Shown: positions 52,301-60,887, numbered from the stretch's first letter. The stretch is DNA of 64,000 nt from Ignavibacteriota bacterium (GCA_963787835.1 CAWBEI010000002.1:288001-352000); one strand, 5' to 3'. The notes: generated from the sequence alone by a model not told the origin. A program made the numbers and translations.

Positions 52301-52467
52301 ATGCCACTGGGCACATGGTGCTTTCCCTGCCGATCGGAATGCTATCCGAAGGCAACTATGACATTTTCGTACCAACAGCAAGTTTGGCGAATGGCAGCTA
52401 CTTCGTCCGTGTGAGTAACACGAATGGGGATGCTGCCGAAGCGCAATTGGTGATAGAAAAACAATAA
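49316..52467 (+). CDS. Reeler/choice-of-anchor-V-like plus multiple choice-of-anchor-D (ASH-type Ig) domains and T9SS CTD; +1 frameshifts near 49,988 and 51,771
   Basis: GCSCH, ELTHSSPK, GNAVNGDG; repeated FG..V...I.N.G...F.P...G units; CTD LSPNPA...FDATG...GSYFVRV. Three ORFs join after removing two single bases. Confidence 0.8.
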
Positions 52468-52470
52468 AGG

Positions 52471-52504
52471 AAAAGGGACACGCGGACTGCGTGTCCCTTT
52501 TTTA
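52471..52504. terminator. Bidirectional intrinsic terminator
   Basis: AAAAGGGACACGC-N5-GCGTGTCCCTTTTTT. Confidence 0.85.
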
Positions 52505-52527
52505 TTCTCGAAGAGAGAAATCGTTAC

Positions 52528-53124
52528 TTAGTGGGCTGTCTTTCTGACAGCACCGTGATGTTGCTCGGCTGCTGGCGCGGCTGCCGGTGCGGCTTTCTTA
52601 GCCGGTTCGGCCTTCTTTTCAGGTGCGGCTGCCTTCGTTGTGTCAGCGGCAGGAGCAGCAGCAGCAATTTGCTGAATGCGCTGCTGGAGGCTGGAGTGAG
52701 CGTCCTGCAAACTCTTCCACTTATCCGTAAGATCAGTGGTGGCAGTTCCTAAATGATCGTCCGCAGCCTTCAAGCTATCTTGCTGGTCGGGCGTGGCATT
52801 CATATACATCTTTGCATTATCGACAAGCGCGCTGAGAGCGGTCATGTCGGCCTCATGCTTCATGAGATCGGACTTGACCATGCCGATCATCGTCGTATCG
52901 GCGCCTGGTTTTGCTGCAGCCGTCGCGAGCGTGGCCATCCATTGATCGTGATCGGTGTGCATGGTCGTCATGCCTTGATTGATCTGATCGATGAGTGTTT
53001 GAGCCGACGCTTTCTTCGTAGCATAATCGGTTGCAAGCTGTTCATCTTTCTTGCTGCATGCAGCCATCCCGATCGTAAAAGCTGCGAGCATCGCTAACAA
53101 TGATAATTTTCGTAAAGAGATCAT
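52528..53124 (-). CDS. Helical lipoprotein
   Basis: Lipobox MAAC; coiled-coil; Ala/Pro/Lys tail. Confidence 0.7.
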   Translation of the reverse strand: MISLRKLSLLAMLAAFTIGMAACSKKDEQLATDYATKKASAQTLIDQINQGMTTMHTDHDQWMATLATAAAKPGADTTMIGMVKSDLMKHEADMTALSALVDNAKMYMNATPDQQDSLKAADDHLGTATTDLTDKWKSLQDAHSSLQQRIQQIAAAAPAADTTKAAAPEKKAEPAKKAAPAAAPAAEQHHGAVRKTAH

Positions 53125-53337
53125 ATCTAATGGTTTGTTTTTGAGTGAGCTGTTCACAAGCAGCGTTTGGAATGATGAGTCATTCGCAGAACGCGATCCT
53201 GTGGTTAGTTGAAAAAATCTATGCCGGATGGTTCATGATAGAACCGCCCATGCGTCGCGCGAAAACAAAGAAATTGCTGAAAAGTGCTAATAGGAGTTCT
53301 GGGATAAGCAGATTATAACCTGATCAATAATTTGTAT

Positions 53338-53419
53338 TGTCATTCCCGCGAAAGCGGGAATCCGAACCCCGCCCTTGCCTTAAAGCCAAACCTGGATTCC
53401 CGCTTTCGTGGGAATGACA
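53338..53419. repeat. REPIN of TGTCATTCCCGCGAAAGCGGGAATCC type
   Basis: 26-bp inverted repeat with 1 mismatch (53338-63 / 53394-419); each arm is itself a hairpin. Confidence 0.8.
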
Positions 53420-53430
53420 GAAAACCTTGA

Positions 53431-54099
53431 CTACCGCATCCGCTCCCTCGCCAATTCATAGACTCGCTCGACCTGAGCTTCGATCGTCAGACGGGTCGTA
53501 TCGAGTTCAATGGCGTCCGGAGCCTTCCGAAGCGGCGAGATCGTGCGTTCCCTGTCGCGCTTATCCCGCTCCTCTATTTGTTGCCGGAGTTCTTCGAGTG
53601 GGATTTGCGTGCCAAGCCGCTCGAACTCGATTTCTCGCCGTTCCGCTCGAACGCTGGCATCTGCGATCAAAAATATTTTTAACTCCGCGTCAGGGAACAC
53701 CACGGTTCCGATATCGCGGCCTTCGAGCACTACGCCACCATCGCTGCCAAGTTCGCGCTGTTTCTCCACCATCTTTGCCCGCACATCAGCAAGAGTTGAA
53801 AGCTCGCTTGCCAGAAGTGCAATATCCGGCTCCAGAATTTCGCGGGAAACATCCACGCCGTTCAACAGGATATTTCCTTTCTCGTCAAATCCGATCTCTG
53901 CCTGAGAAAGCAGTTCGTGAACCCGCGCGGGATCGTGCCCGTGATGATCGCGGCGACGCACCATCAGAGCAAATGCGCGATACATCGCACCCGTATTGAG
54001 ATGCGTGTAGCCGAGCCGAGCCGCGACTTGCTTGGCAGTCGTGCTCTTACCGGAGGCCGTCGGGCCATCGATCGCTATGATTATTCCTTTAGGGCGCAA
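53431..54099 (-). CDS. cmk: Cytidylate kinase
   Basis: IDGPTASGKST, TGAMYR, EGRDIGTVVFPDA. Confidence 0.95.
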   Translation of the reverse strand: MRPKGIIIAIDGPTASGKSTTAKQVAARLGYTHLNTGAMYRAFALMVRRRDHHGHDPARVHELLSQAEIGFDEKGNILLNGVDVSREILEPDIALLASELSTLADVRAKMVEKQRELGSDGGVVLEGRDIGTVVFPDAELKIFLIADASVRAERREIEFERLGTQIPLEELRQQIEERDKRDRERTISPLRKAPDAIELDTTRLTIEAQVERVYELARERMR

Positions 54100-54308
54100 T
54101 GTTTTATAATAGATTCGCTAAGAAGAGGAAATGACATGAGTATGTTCCGAATCATCTAAGAATGATACCAGGTCTTGGCTCGAACAATGCATCTAATATT
54201 TTTTTTTACAAATTCATTTAATGAACTGTGGCGTTTCCGAGCCAATTTCGCCAATATGTCTTTTAGAAATAGGTGCCCTTTAAACGCAATTGGGTACTGT
54301 CCTAATTA

Positions 54309-54346
54309 GACTTGGTTCCTAAAACGATATAGTTTTTGTTGTTAAG
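54309..54346 (+). repeat. 38-bp direct repeat, copy 1 (promoter-like)
   Basis: 36/38 identical to 60477-60514. Confidence 0.85.
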
Positions 54347-54348
54347 GC

Positions 54349-54693
54349 TTACATCCCAATGCTTCCCATAAGTTGACGCACGATGCTCTGAATTAAATTC
54401 GGAGTGACTTCATTGAGCGAAAACGGTTGACCGGCATCTTGTTCAACGATAATTTTACCTTTACGAATCGAGAGCGGGATCATCCTTGTGATAGTAGGAG
54501 ACTCCGAATAGCCGGAAAAATGAATACGAAAACATCTCTCTTCCAGCCCATTTTTAGTTTCGGTAATAGTCAAGCTGCACCGATCTGAGTCGTGGATTAT
54601 TTCTGCGACAATATCGGGGTTTTGTACTAACCTCATTTTAATAAGGTCGAAGGTTGGAAGCATTATCTGGTTCGCACATTCATCAAAGTTCAT
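54349..54693 (-). CDS. Hypothetical cargo protein
   Basis: 114-aa ORF between conserved flanks. Confidence 0.55.
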   Translation of the reverse strand: MNFDECANQIMLPTFDLIKMRLVQNPDIVAEIIHDSDRCSLTITETKNGLEERCFRIHFSGYSESPTITRMIPLSIRKGKIIVEQDAGQPFSLNEVTPNLIQSIVRQLMGSIGM

Positions 54694-54749
54694 ACTCTCG
54701 GAACGCCAGAGATTCGAGTGGCATTCCCATCCCCACGGGCAGGTTCGGT

Positions 54750-54781
54750 GCTTTCAGGTTTTCCGATTGAGGAAACGATAC
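54750..54781 (+). repeat. 32-bp conserved leader, inverted copy at 60392-60423
   Basis: 31/32 identity. Confidence 0.85.
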
Positions 54782-54807
54782 GAGGAATATTGCCGTAAGA
54801 AGAACTG

Positions 54808-55152
54808 ATGGATTATCGTGGTCAAGAAGCATATTATGATGAAAAAGGAACACTTCGCCGAAAAAGCGACGGCGTGAGGATTGTTCTCACTCTAAAAGAA
54901 AGAGAGCAATATAAAAAAGAAGGCTATCTTTCTAACGGCGTAGAGACCGAGCCTCTTAGAGAAGAAAAATTGCAACGTCAGGGTTGTATGCTTTTATTGC
55001 TGAAGGATAAGTCACTGAACGACAAAGAAACTGAGCGGCGCATCAGCGCATTCGCAAAACAACTTATTAGAGAGAACAAAGGCAATCCTGACTTCTGGGT
55101 CATTCGCGCCCCAGAGGACAATACACAACCCTCTCATTGGACGGTTTTATGA
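54808..55152 (+). CDS. Hypothetical cargo protein A1
   Basis: 114 aa; distant similarity to 60064-60366. Confidence 0.6.
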   Translation: MDYRGQEAYYDEKGTLRRKSDGVRIVLTLKEREQYKKEGYLSNGVETEPLREEKLQRQGCMLLLLKDKSLNDKETERRISAFAKQLIRENKGNPDFWVIRAPEDNTQPSHWTVL

Positions 55153-55373
55153 TCGTCGGATGGAGCGACATATTTGTCTAAAATCTTGGTAATCTCATCT
55201 TCTGCGGAGCATTCTAAGCAAATGGCATAGTAGGTAAGGGCGAACGACTCTTCGTTTTCATATTCTCCTTTAACCGATTTAACGACCTCAACGGTATGCT
55301 TATCGTTAGTTGTGCATTTCGTATTCGCAAATCGTTTTTTAATTTCAGGGGGAATGCGAGGGATTGTTTCCAT
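55134..55373 (-). CDS. Small C/H/CxxC (Zn-ribbon-like) protein B1
   Basis: KC..NDKH...YYAICLEC; similar to 59938-60144. Confidence 0.6.
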   Translation of the reverse strand: METIPRIPPEIKKRFANTKCTTNDKHTVEVVKSVKGEYENEESFALTYYAICLECSAEDEITKILDKYVAPSDDHKTVQ

Positions 55374-55379
55374 ACAAAT

Positions 55380-55565
55380 TCAACATTCGCTGGAGTTAAA
55401 GCATTCTTCAGGATCGAGCGCGCTTATTCGAAGCCGCTTTGCTCCATCGTGGCTTTCTTGCATAATACTCCGCACGGCGCGCCCGAAGCTCTTCGGTTCT
55501 TCGGAGGTCGTGTTTGTGTTTGGCGCGGAGTTCATTGGAACGGGTTGATCGAGGAGTCTTTTCAT
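55380..55565 (-). CDS. Small ORF C1 translationally coupled to the IS1595 transposase
   Basis: ATGA overlap with the transposase stop; degenerate copy at 59777-59938. Confidence 0.55.
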   Translation of the reverse strand: MKRLLDQPVPMNSAPNTNTTSEEPKSFGRAVRSIMQESHDGAKRLRISALDPEECFNSSEC

Positions 55566-56482
55566 AAGGATGCTCCGGTCAATTCCTCATACGTCAGCCG
55601 TTTGCCGAAGAGCATCGTGGCCGCCTTGATGAATCTGCCGGAGTCATTGTCCTTTCTGTTATCGTACCGGAAACCCTGTTCGTCAAGGTAGCGGTCAAGA
55701 TGATAGGGTTCAACGTGGATGTACGTGCCTTTGAGGGCGCGCTTCACCAGCGACCAATAGTTCTCAATGGTATTCGAATGCGTGTTACCCTTGACGTATT
55801 CACCGCGTTTGTGATTGACAGTCGAGTGATCGTAAACGACACCGAGTGCCTTGTACGAATTCGCTTCGTCACTGTAAAGGGTTGAGCCGACCTTCACGGT
55901 TGCAAGCACTTGATTCTGAAGCGTCCGTGCGTGAGTGTTCTCAATGACGCGCGCCTGTACTTTGCCACCCCGTTCAACGGCCCCGAACACGATGGTCTTA
56001 CCATCGCTTCCGCCACGGGATTTTACTTTGTTCGCGTGACGATTGCGCTCGGCACCGCCGAAGTAACTTTCATCTATCTCGACAGAACCCGTAAGTTTTT
56101 CCCCCGCATCCTTGGCAATACTTTCTCGGATCCTATGCCCGACATGCCATGCGCTCTTTTGTGTAATTTCTAAGGCCCGTGCTATTTCGTAGGAGCTAAT
56201 TCCATTCTTACAATTAACGACCATCCACACCGCAGGAATCCATTTTGTAATGGGAATTGGCGAGTTGTGCATGACCGTCCCGGCCTTCAAGGAGAACTGC
56301 TTCTTGCAGTCCCGGCATTTGAAGGCCGGACGAGTACGCATTCCGTAGATTGCTGTGGAGCCGCACTTTATGCAGCATCGTTCACCGCCATGCCAATAAA
56401 GCTCCGACAGGAATTCGACGCATACCACTTCCGAGGAGTAGTAGCGTACCGCTTCGAGTAGGCTTTTGGGTGTTTTGAGCAT
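55562..56482 (-). CDS. IS1595-family (ISXO2-like) DDE transposase
   Basis: Zn ribbon CIKC...CRDC; EIDESYFGG, YSDE, VNH, NTIENYWS, YLDEQ.FR. Confidence 0.93.
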   Translation of the reverse strand: MLKTPKSLLEAVRYYSSEVVCVEFLSELYWHGGERCCIKCGSTAIYGMRTRPAFKCRDCKKQFSLKAGTVMHNSPIPITKWIPAVWMVVNCKNGISSYEIARALEITQKSAWHVGHRIRESIAKDAGEKLTGSVEIDESYFGGAERNRHANKVKSRGGSDGKTIVFGAVERGGKVQARVIENTHARTLQNQVLATVKVGSTLYSDEANSYKALGVVYDHSTVNHKRGEYVKGNTHSNTIENYWSLVKRALKGTYIHVEPYHLDRYLDEQGFRYDNRKDNDSGRFIKAATMLFGKRLTYEELTGASL

Positions 56483-56533
56483 GATCGTGAGTTATTAGGA
56501 ACGTTCCCGGTGGAAATTGGATTAAATAGAAAT

Positions 56534-56851
56534 ACCCGATCATTAATAATAATGATCGGGCAAGTTGTGGCCCAAGCCACACGATTAAATTGTGCCAGAA
56601 TTCGCGTTCTGGTAGTAGCATGATGAGTGCGCGGGGGCGTTCTCGTCATGTACCCGGAGTGTGATTACTCCGGGTTTTCTTTTTCCGAATGAAGAAGCGT
56701 GGTCGATGCGGCTCATACGGAAAGAAAATCACATAAAAAACCCCAAGATATTACCTGAAAAACTCGCTTGCTGGCGTTGAGTCCCGACCGAAGCCGGGTA
56801 GGTAAATCTTGGGGTCAAACCCAAAAAAGTTTCAGTTGTATCGCCAGCAAG
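56534..56851. ncRNA. Candidate structured non-coding region upstream of the IS1595 transposase
   Basis: At least 6 hairpins plus a three-way junction with a C(UUCG)G loop on the minus strand. Confidence 0.45.
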
Positions 56852-56979
56852 ACGATGTAGGCTTTCACCTGACTTGGTTGCTAACGTATCATTACACTGT
56901 TCGTTTCAGTTCGCATGAAAAAAGTGGAAACTCTGAAAGCGGATTTGGGTTTCCATCGTGGCCTTTGGAACTAAATGGG

Positions 56980-58506
56980 TTATTTAGTAATCGCCAGATT
57001 GATGTAGCTCACCATATCTCCCACCCTAACGCGGCATACATATTTTCCCGATGGGAGCGTCTCCGTGCCGAGCGAAATGGATTGTGGGCCTTCGTTTGAA
57101 TAACCGTTCATAACCTCCATTATTTGTTTTCCCAGGGGATCATAAATAGCAATCTGCGTAAAGCTGGATTCTACTGTTGTAAATTTCAAGGTCATTCCAC
57201 CGCTTGAAGGATTTGGGAAAACTTCGGGGTTAAACCAATCGGGCTGTTGAGGGGTGGAAACACCCAACGTCGTATCTGAATGAGTCGGGCAATAAAGTTT
57301 CGCGAACATGCAGGAATCATCGCTCCCAAGTCCGCGTGGAGCGATGTTAGGTTGCGCCTGCTTAGATCCCATCAACATCCAATATCCTGGTATGCTACTC
57401 TTACAATAATTATAGTTATTAACGCAGGTGTCTCCACGAACAATCGTATCTGGATGTAGTAACCCGAGCCAATGGCCGATCTCATGCTCGATTATTTCCT
57501 TAAAGCTGAAATCATAAAACCCTTGATTTGCCGCGCCGGGGTCTGGGGCAGGTCCCGTGTACCATCCCATCAATGGACTCTGGTGTAGCTTGTAACCAGG
57601 AATAGGCTGAAGGGCATCGTTTCCATTTTGGTAGAAGAAGCTATTTGTTGCATTGTAAGTAATAAACCGATAATTTGAGTTCGGACATGCGCCTCCATCG
57701 GGGCATCCCGGATGCCCATACGTCCATGCAACAGGATAGCCGGCTTTTTTCAATCCAGATGCTTGATAAGTTCCTTGAAAGTGAAGGATATTAGTGTCCG
57801 GAATTATGAGGATACAGCAGGTTGTGTCGCCAGTAAATCCGCAAATTCCAAGCCACGCATTTAGATCGGATTGAGCATCAGAACTTGCACCACCCGTGTT
57901 CCAAACCTGATCGTAATGCACATCTGAGCCGTTGGCGTATGATATAGAGTCACTTATGTAAGTGTTGTATCTTTCTATATCGATTTCAAAGATTGAGTAA
58001 TCTTCTCTATCGCAGTCATAAACCGATAATGCCTCTTCATATTCTTCGTCATAGTCATAATTATCACGATTAGGAGGAACATCTGGTTCATGTCCATCAT
58101 GCACTTGGTGGAAATCGGTATCCCATTCGTCTAACCCGGCATTATAGGTTCCGGTATCCAAGACCTCACCCGGATCGGGAATGCAGCCGGAGAAAACATC
58201 ATAAGTATCTGGTAACGAAACAGGTTCTGGCGGCTCTGGAACAGGATCGGTCGGTTGATCGAATACACTCGTGTCAGGTGGAATTACATTTACACAACCC
58301 GGTATTTTCGATTTGGAGGGTGTGTAGCTTGGTGGTGGGTCATTCGGGTTTGTCGAACATTGCACGCCTTGAGCACCTGTAACGAAACAAAATACGTAAG
58401 GGAAACTCTCATTCCCGCATGGAATAGGGCAATGTATCGCCTGTGCCAACCCAATAGACGAAACGAAAAGGGAAGCAGCGATTAGAAGAAGTGGAAAAGA
58501 CTTCAT
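56980..58506 (-). CDS. T9SS-secreted metzincin zinc metalloprotease
   Basis: HEIGHWLGLLH, downstream LM (Met-turn candidate), CTD VFPNPS...YDPLG...LPSGKY. Confidence 0.85.
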   Translation of the reverse strand: MKSFPLLLIAASLFVSSIGLAQAIHCPIPCGNESFPYVFCFVTGAQGVQCSTNPNDPPPSYTPSKSKIPGCVNVIPPDTSVFDQPTDPVPEPPEPVSLPDTYDVFSGCIPDPGEVLDTGTYNAGLDEWDTDFHQVHDGHEPDVPPNRDNYDYDEEYEEALSVYDCDREDYSIFEIDIERYNTYISDSISYANGSDVHYDQVWNTGGASSDAQSDLNAWLGICGFTGDTTCCILIIPDTNILHFQGTYQASGLKKAGYPVAWTYGHPGCPDGGACPNSNYRFITYNATNSFFYQNGNDALQPIPGYKLHQSPLMGWYTGPAPDPGAANQGFYDFSFKEIIEHEIGHWLGLLHPDTIVRGDTCVNNYNYCKSSIPGYWMLMGSKQAQPNIAPRGLGSDDSCMFAKLYCPTHSDTTLGVSTPQQPDWFNPEVFPNPSSGGMTLKFTTVESSFTQIAIYDPLGKQIMEVMNGYSNEGPQSISLGTETLPSGKYVCRVRVGDMVSYINLAITK

Positions 58507-58545
58507 TGTTTGCTCCTTGTGGTTTTGGGAAGTGAATATGAACGA

Positions 58546-59592
58546 TTATGGATGGAGAATATTATAGATTCTCGCGCGAAGTCTTGACTTCCAGACCGCA
58601 ACCGTTAGACCACCAGAAATGGAGGCACCAAGTCCGAAATCGTCGTTAGGATCAACCACATGACCGCTTACGACTCTATACATCGCTCCTTGATTTCCAA
58701 AGACACCCCAATAAGGTTGAATGCTGAAATAGCCATTGGCGGTATCAATTCCAATTCCTGCGATTCGAAGGAACACGATGTATTCTCCTCCCGGCCTGAT
58801 CCACCATCCGGTCGAATCAGACAAAGCAGGCGAAAAAGGCATTTCATCACCTGCAATTGCACTTGCCCATTCGGGTGAATATTCAAATTGAATACACGCA
58901 CCACTATCAGCGCGAACTGCATACGTTGGCCAAGTTGAAGCATAGCTCATGGTTGTAATCTCATTGGATTTCCGGTGAGTGTGCATGTCTTCGCCGATAC
59001 AGAGTGGAATTTTTTGTCCCTTGATTTCATCAAGGATTGTGGAATTAACCAATACTATGTGTGGGGTAATGTTATCTGACGAGTTATACTTGACGATGGT
59101 ATCCCCGATAGTCACGTCCGCGATAATATCGGAAGCAAGAATAAAACCTGTACGACCGGTATCGCCTATACCATTTCCAATTTGATTAGCTAATATTGGA
59201 ATTGAGTTACCAGGGTTACCTTTATAGTGCCAAGAATAATCTGGGTGCCCTCCAAGAGGCCATGAACTGATCTCCCATTGATATAATGATAACGGATTAT
59301 CGTCACTAACTTTGTAAAGCATCTCGGCAAGGAACGTCATCGTGTCATCGTGCCCAAGATTCCCGATCCATTTGTTGATCAAGTTCCATTGCGTTGAGCG
59401 CATAAGTTCATCGGCCCAAAGGTATGCGCTTGCCACGTCGGAAGGTTGACTATCATATAGTGGTGGGACGGTCGTGAGAAGTGGGAGGCTATACTTGATT
59501 AAACCTGGATAATTCGGCCCCGTTTGGCTTCTCACAGCAGGTGCGGCAAAAAAACCTGCCCAAAGAAAGAGGATGAACATGATTCGTTTCAT
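58546..59592 (-). CDS. Exported protein co-transcribed with the protease
   Basis: Signal peptide; ASDIIADVTI...LDEIKG...PGGEYIVFL. Confidence 0.7.
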   Translation of the reverse strand: MKRIMFILFLWAGFFAAPAVRSQTGPNYPGLIKYSLPLLTTVPPLYDSQPSDVASAYLWADELMRSTQWNLINKWIGNLGHDDTMTFLAEMLYKVSDDNPLSLYQWEISSWPLGGHPDYSWHYKGNPGNSIPILANQIGNGIGDTGRTGFILASDIIADVTIGDTIVKYNSSDNITPHIVLVNSTILDEIKGQKIPLCIGEDMHTHRKSNEITTMSYASTWPTYAVRADSGACIQFEYSPEWASAIAGDEMPFSPALSDSTGWWIRPGGEYIVFLRIAGIGIDTANGYFSIQPYWGVFGNQGAMYRVVSGHVVDPNDDFGLGASISGGLTVAVWKSRLRARIYNILHP

Positions 59593-59643
59593 AAAAACCC
59601 TTCCAGAAATGAATATTTGAAGTATGAAATTCAACTAACAGCA

Positions 59644-59651
59644 CAAAGATA
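59644..59651 (-). promoter_or_regulatory. Bacteroidota-type -7 element
   Basis: TATCTTTG about 50 nt upstream of 59592. Confidence 0.55.
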
Positions 59652-59776
59652 CAACACTTTTTCCATCAAGTTTTAGATTTGATTTTCCGAATTGCAGGAG
59701 AATAGTAGGGTATTTGCAGGTGCTTTTTTCAAATGAAATGGGCGTTATCGTGGCTCTTTTCAACGGTTCATCGTGC

Positions 59777-59938
59777 ATGATCAATTATTATGGAGGTTCT
59801 TATGATAATCGTGTTGCGAAGCATATTTTGTAAGAAAGCAACGATGGAGTAAGGAGGATAGAATCGGTGTTCGAAAGAAAGTCCGATGCTCACATGCCAA
59901 TGAAAAGCAACGGACTTCACCTCAAACAAAAATCATAA
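59777..59938 (+). pseudogene. Degenerate copy C2 of ORF 55380-55565
   Basis: 23/26 nt match (59824-49 vs reverse complement of 55442-67); CAA>TAA stop at 59831. Confidence 0.55.
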
Positions 59939-60144
59939 TGCTGAATGTACCGAAAACACTACTAAAAGAATTCGACGATATTATGAAAGCAAGCAAATGT
60001 GGTAATGACCGCTCCCACGTTATTTACGGAGATATAAACTGGGTTGTACGCGATGCGGCTGGCCTAAATCGTTACGATTGGTATATTAGATGTAGCGAGA
60101 ATGGGTGTTCCTTCACGGATCATGGTACTATCTGGCGGCCTTGA
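59938..60144 (+). CDS. Small Zn-ribbon-like protein B2
   Basis: KCGNDRSH...WYIRCSENGC. Confidence 0.55.
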   Translation: MLNVPKTLLKEFDDIMKASKCGNDRSHVIYGDINWVVRDAAGLNRYDWYIRCSENGCSFTDHGTIWRP

Positions 60145-60366
60145 ATCGAGGGGTAAATGAACTTCATTCCATTCTTCATTGGTTTGAGGCATAACATCGA
60201 AAAGCGGATCGTCTTTGAATTTTTCAACAATGTACTCGATAAATTCTTGATCTTTTGGACATTGCAATACCGCACCCGTGTGATAAGGATTCCCTCGCTC
60301 GGTGAATCGTGTTTCCCTCAGACGAAAATAGATGGCAACGTATTCTTTTTGTTCATCAGAAATCAT
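60064..60366 (-). CDS. Hypothetical cargo protein A2
   Basis: Preceded by the 32-bp leader; distant similarity to 54808-55152. Confidence 0.6.
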   Translation of the reverse strand: MISDEQKEYVAIYFRLRETRFTERGNPYHTGAVLQCPKDQEFIEYIVEKFKDDPLFDVMPQTNEEWNEVHLPLDSRPPDSTMIREGTPILATSNIPIVTI

Positions 60367-60474
60367 AATTCTACTTAAGGTAACGCCGCTTGTATCGTTT
60401 CCTCAATCGGAAATCCTGAAAGCGGCGTAACTTTATTTGGAAACCTCTGGTTGATTCTAATATATTAGTGCCAT

Positions 60475-60514
60475 TTGACTTAGTTCCTAAAACGATATAG
60501 TATTTGTTGTTAAG
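60475..60514 (+). promoter_or_regulatory. Sigma70-like promoter within 38-bp repeat copy 2
   Basis: TTGACT-N17-TAGTAT; copy 1 reads TAGACT-N17-TAGTTT. Confidence 0.5.
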
Positions 60515-60758
60515 AGGTTTTCGCTTCAGCCATCACAAAAACTCGATGACGGTAATTACCTTGTTCGCCTTCTTGGAAAAGACAGTGATTAACGCGGGAG
60601 ATTATGTAGTCCATCTTGCTATGATTAAATTCTTCACCGACTGATGGAATGACCGGTGCATGGTTGAGTGGGTATTCGCACTCGAACTCATACATAATCT
60701 GACCGCCTTCACGGAGAACGTATTGCACGGCGTATGTTACGCTTTTGATTGAATCCAT
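60510..60758 (-). CDS. Hypothetical cargo protein
   Basis: 82-aa ORF with upstream AAAGGAAA. Confidence 0.55.
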   Translation of the reverse strand: MDSIKSVTYAVQYVLREGGQIMYEFECEYPLNHAPVIPSVGEEFNHSKMDYIISRVNHCLFQEGEQGNYRHRVFVMAEAKTS

Positions 60759-60887
60759 TGTGTTGTTGTTTCCTTTCGACCCTCGGAACGCCTTAAATTC
60801 GTGGCTCGTTCATGTCTCCCGAATGCGTTATTATCATCGAATATGGCGTTGAGCCACACTCCTGAAATTATTCACAATTAAAACAAT

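Noticed and set aside
54309-54346. Possible dif/Xer site or integron attC
   Set aside because: GGTTCCTAAAA resembles one dif arm, but there is no TTATGTTAAAT-like arm, no attC-type palindrome and no tyrosine recombinase in the window.
54631-54798. Shared peptide LSGFPIEETI in both 32-bp leaders as a gene
   Set aside because: No ATG start and an upstream stop at 54628; treated as non-coding or a gene relic.
54315-56502. GTTCCTAA / TTAGGAAC as IS1595 terminal repeats
   Set aside because: Only 8 bp, about 20 nt from the ATG, no target duplication, and the left copy recurs at 60483. IS1595 ends remain undefined.
56767-56851. tRNA or hammerhead ribozyme
   Set aside because: No TTCGA T-loop cloverleaf and no CTGAnGA/GAAA core in the required arrangement.
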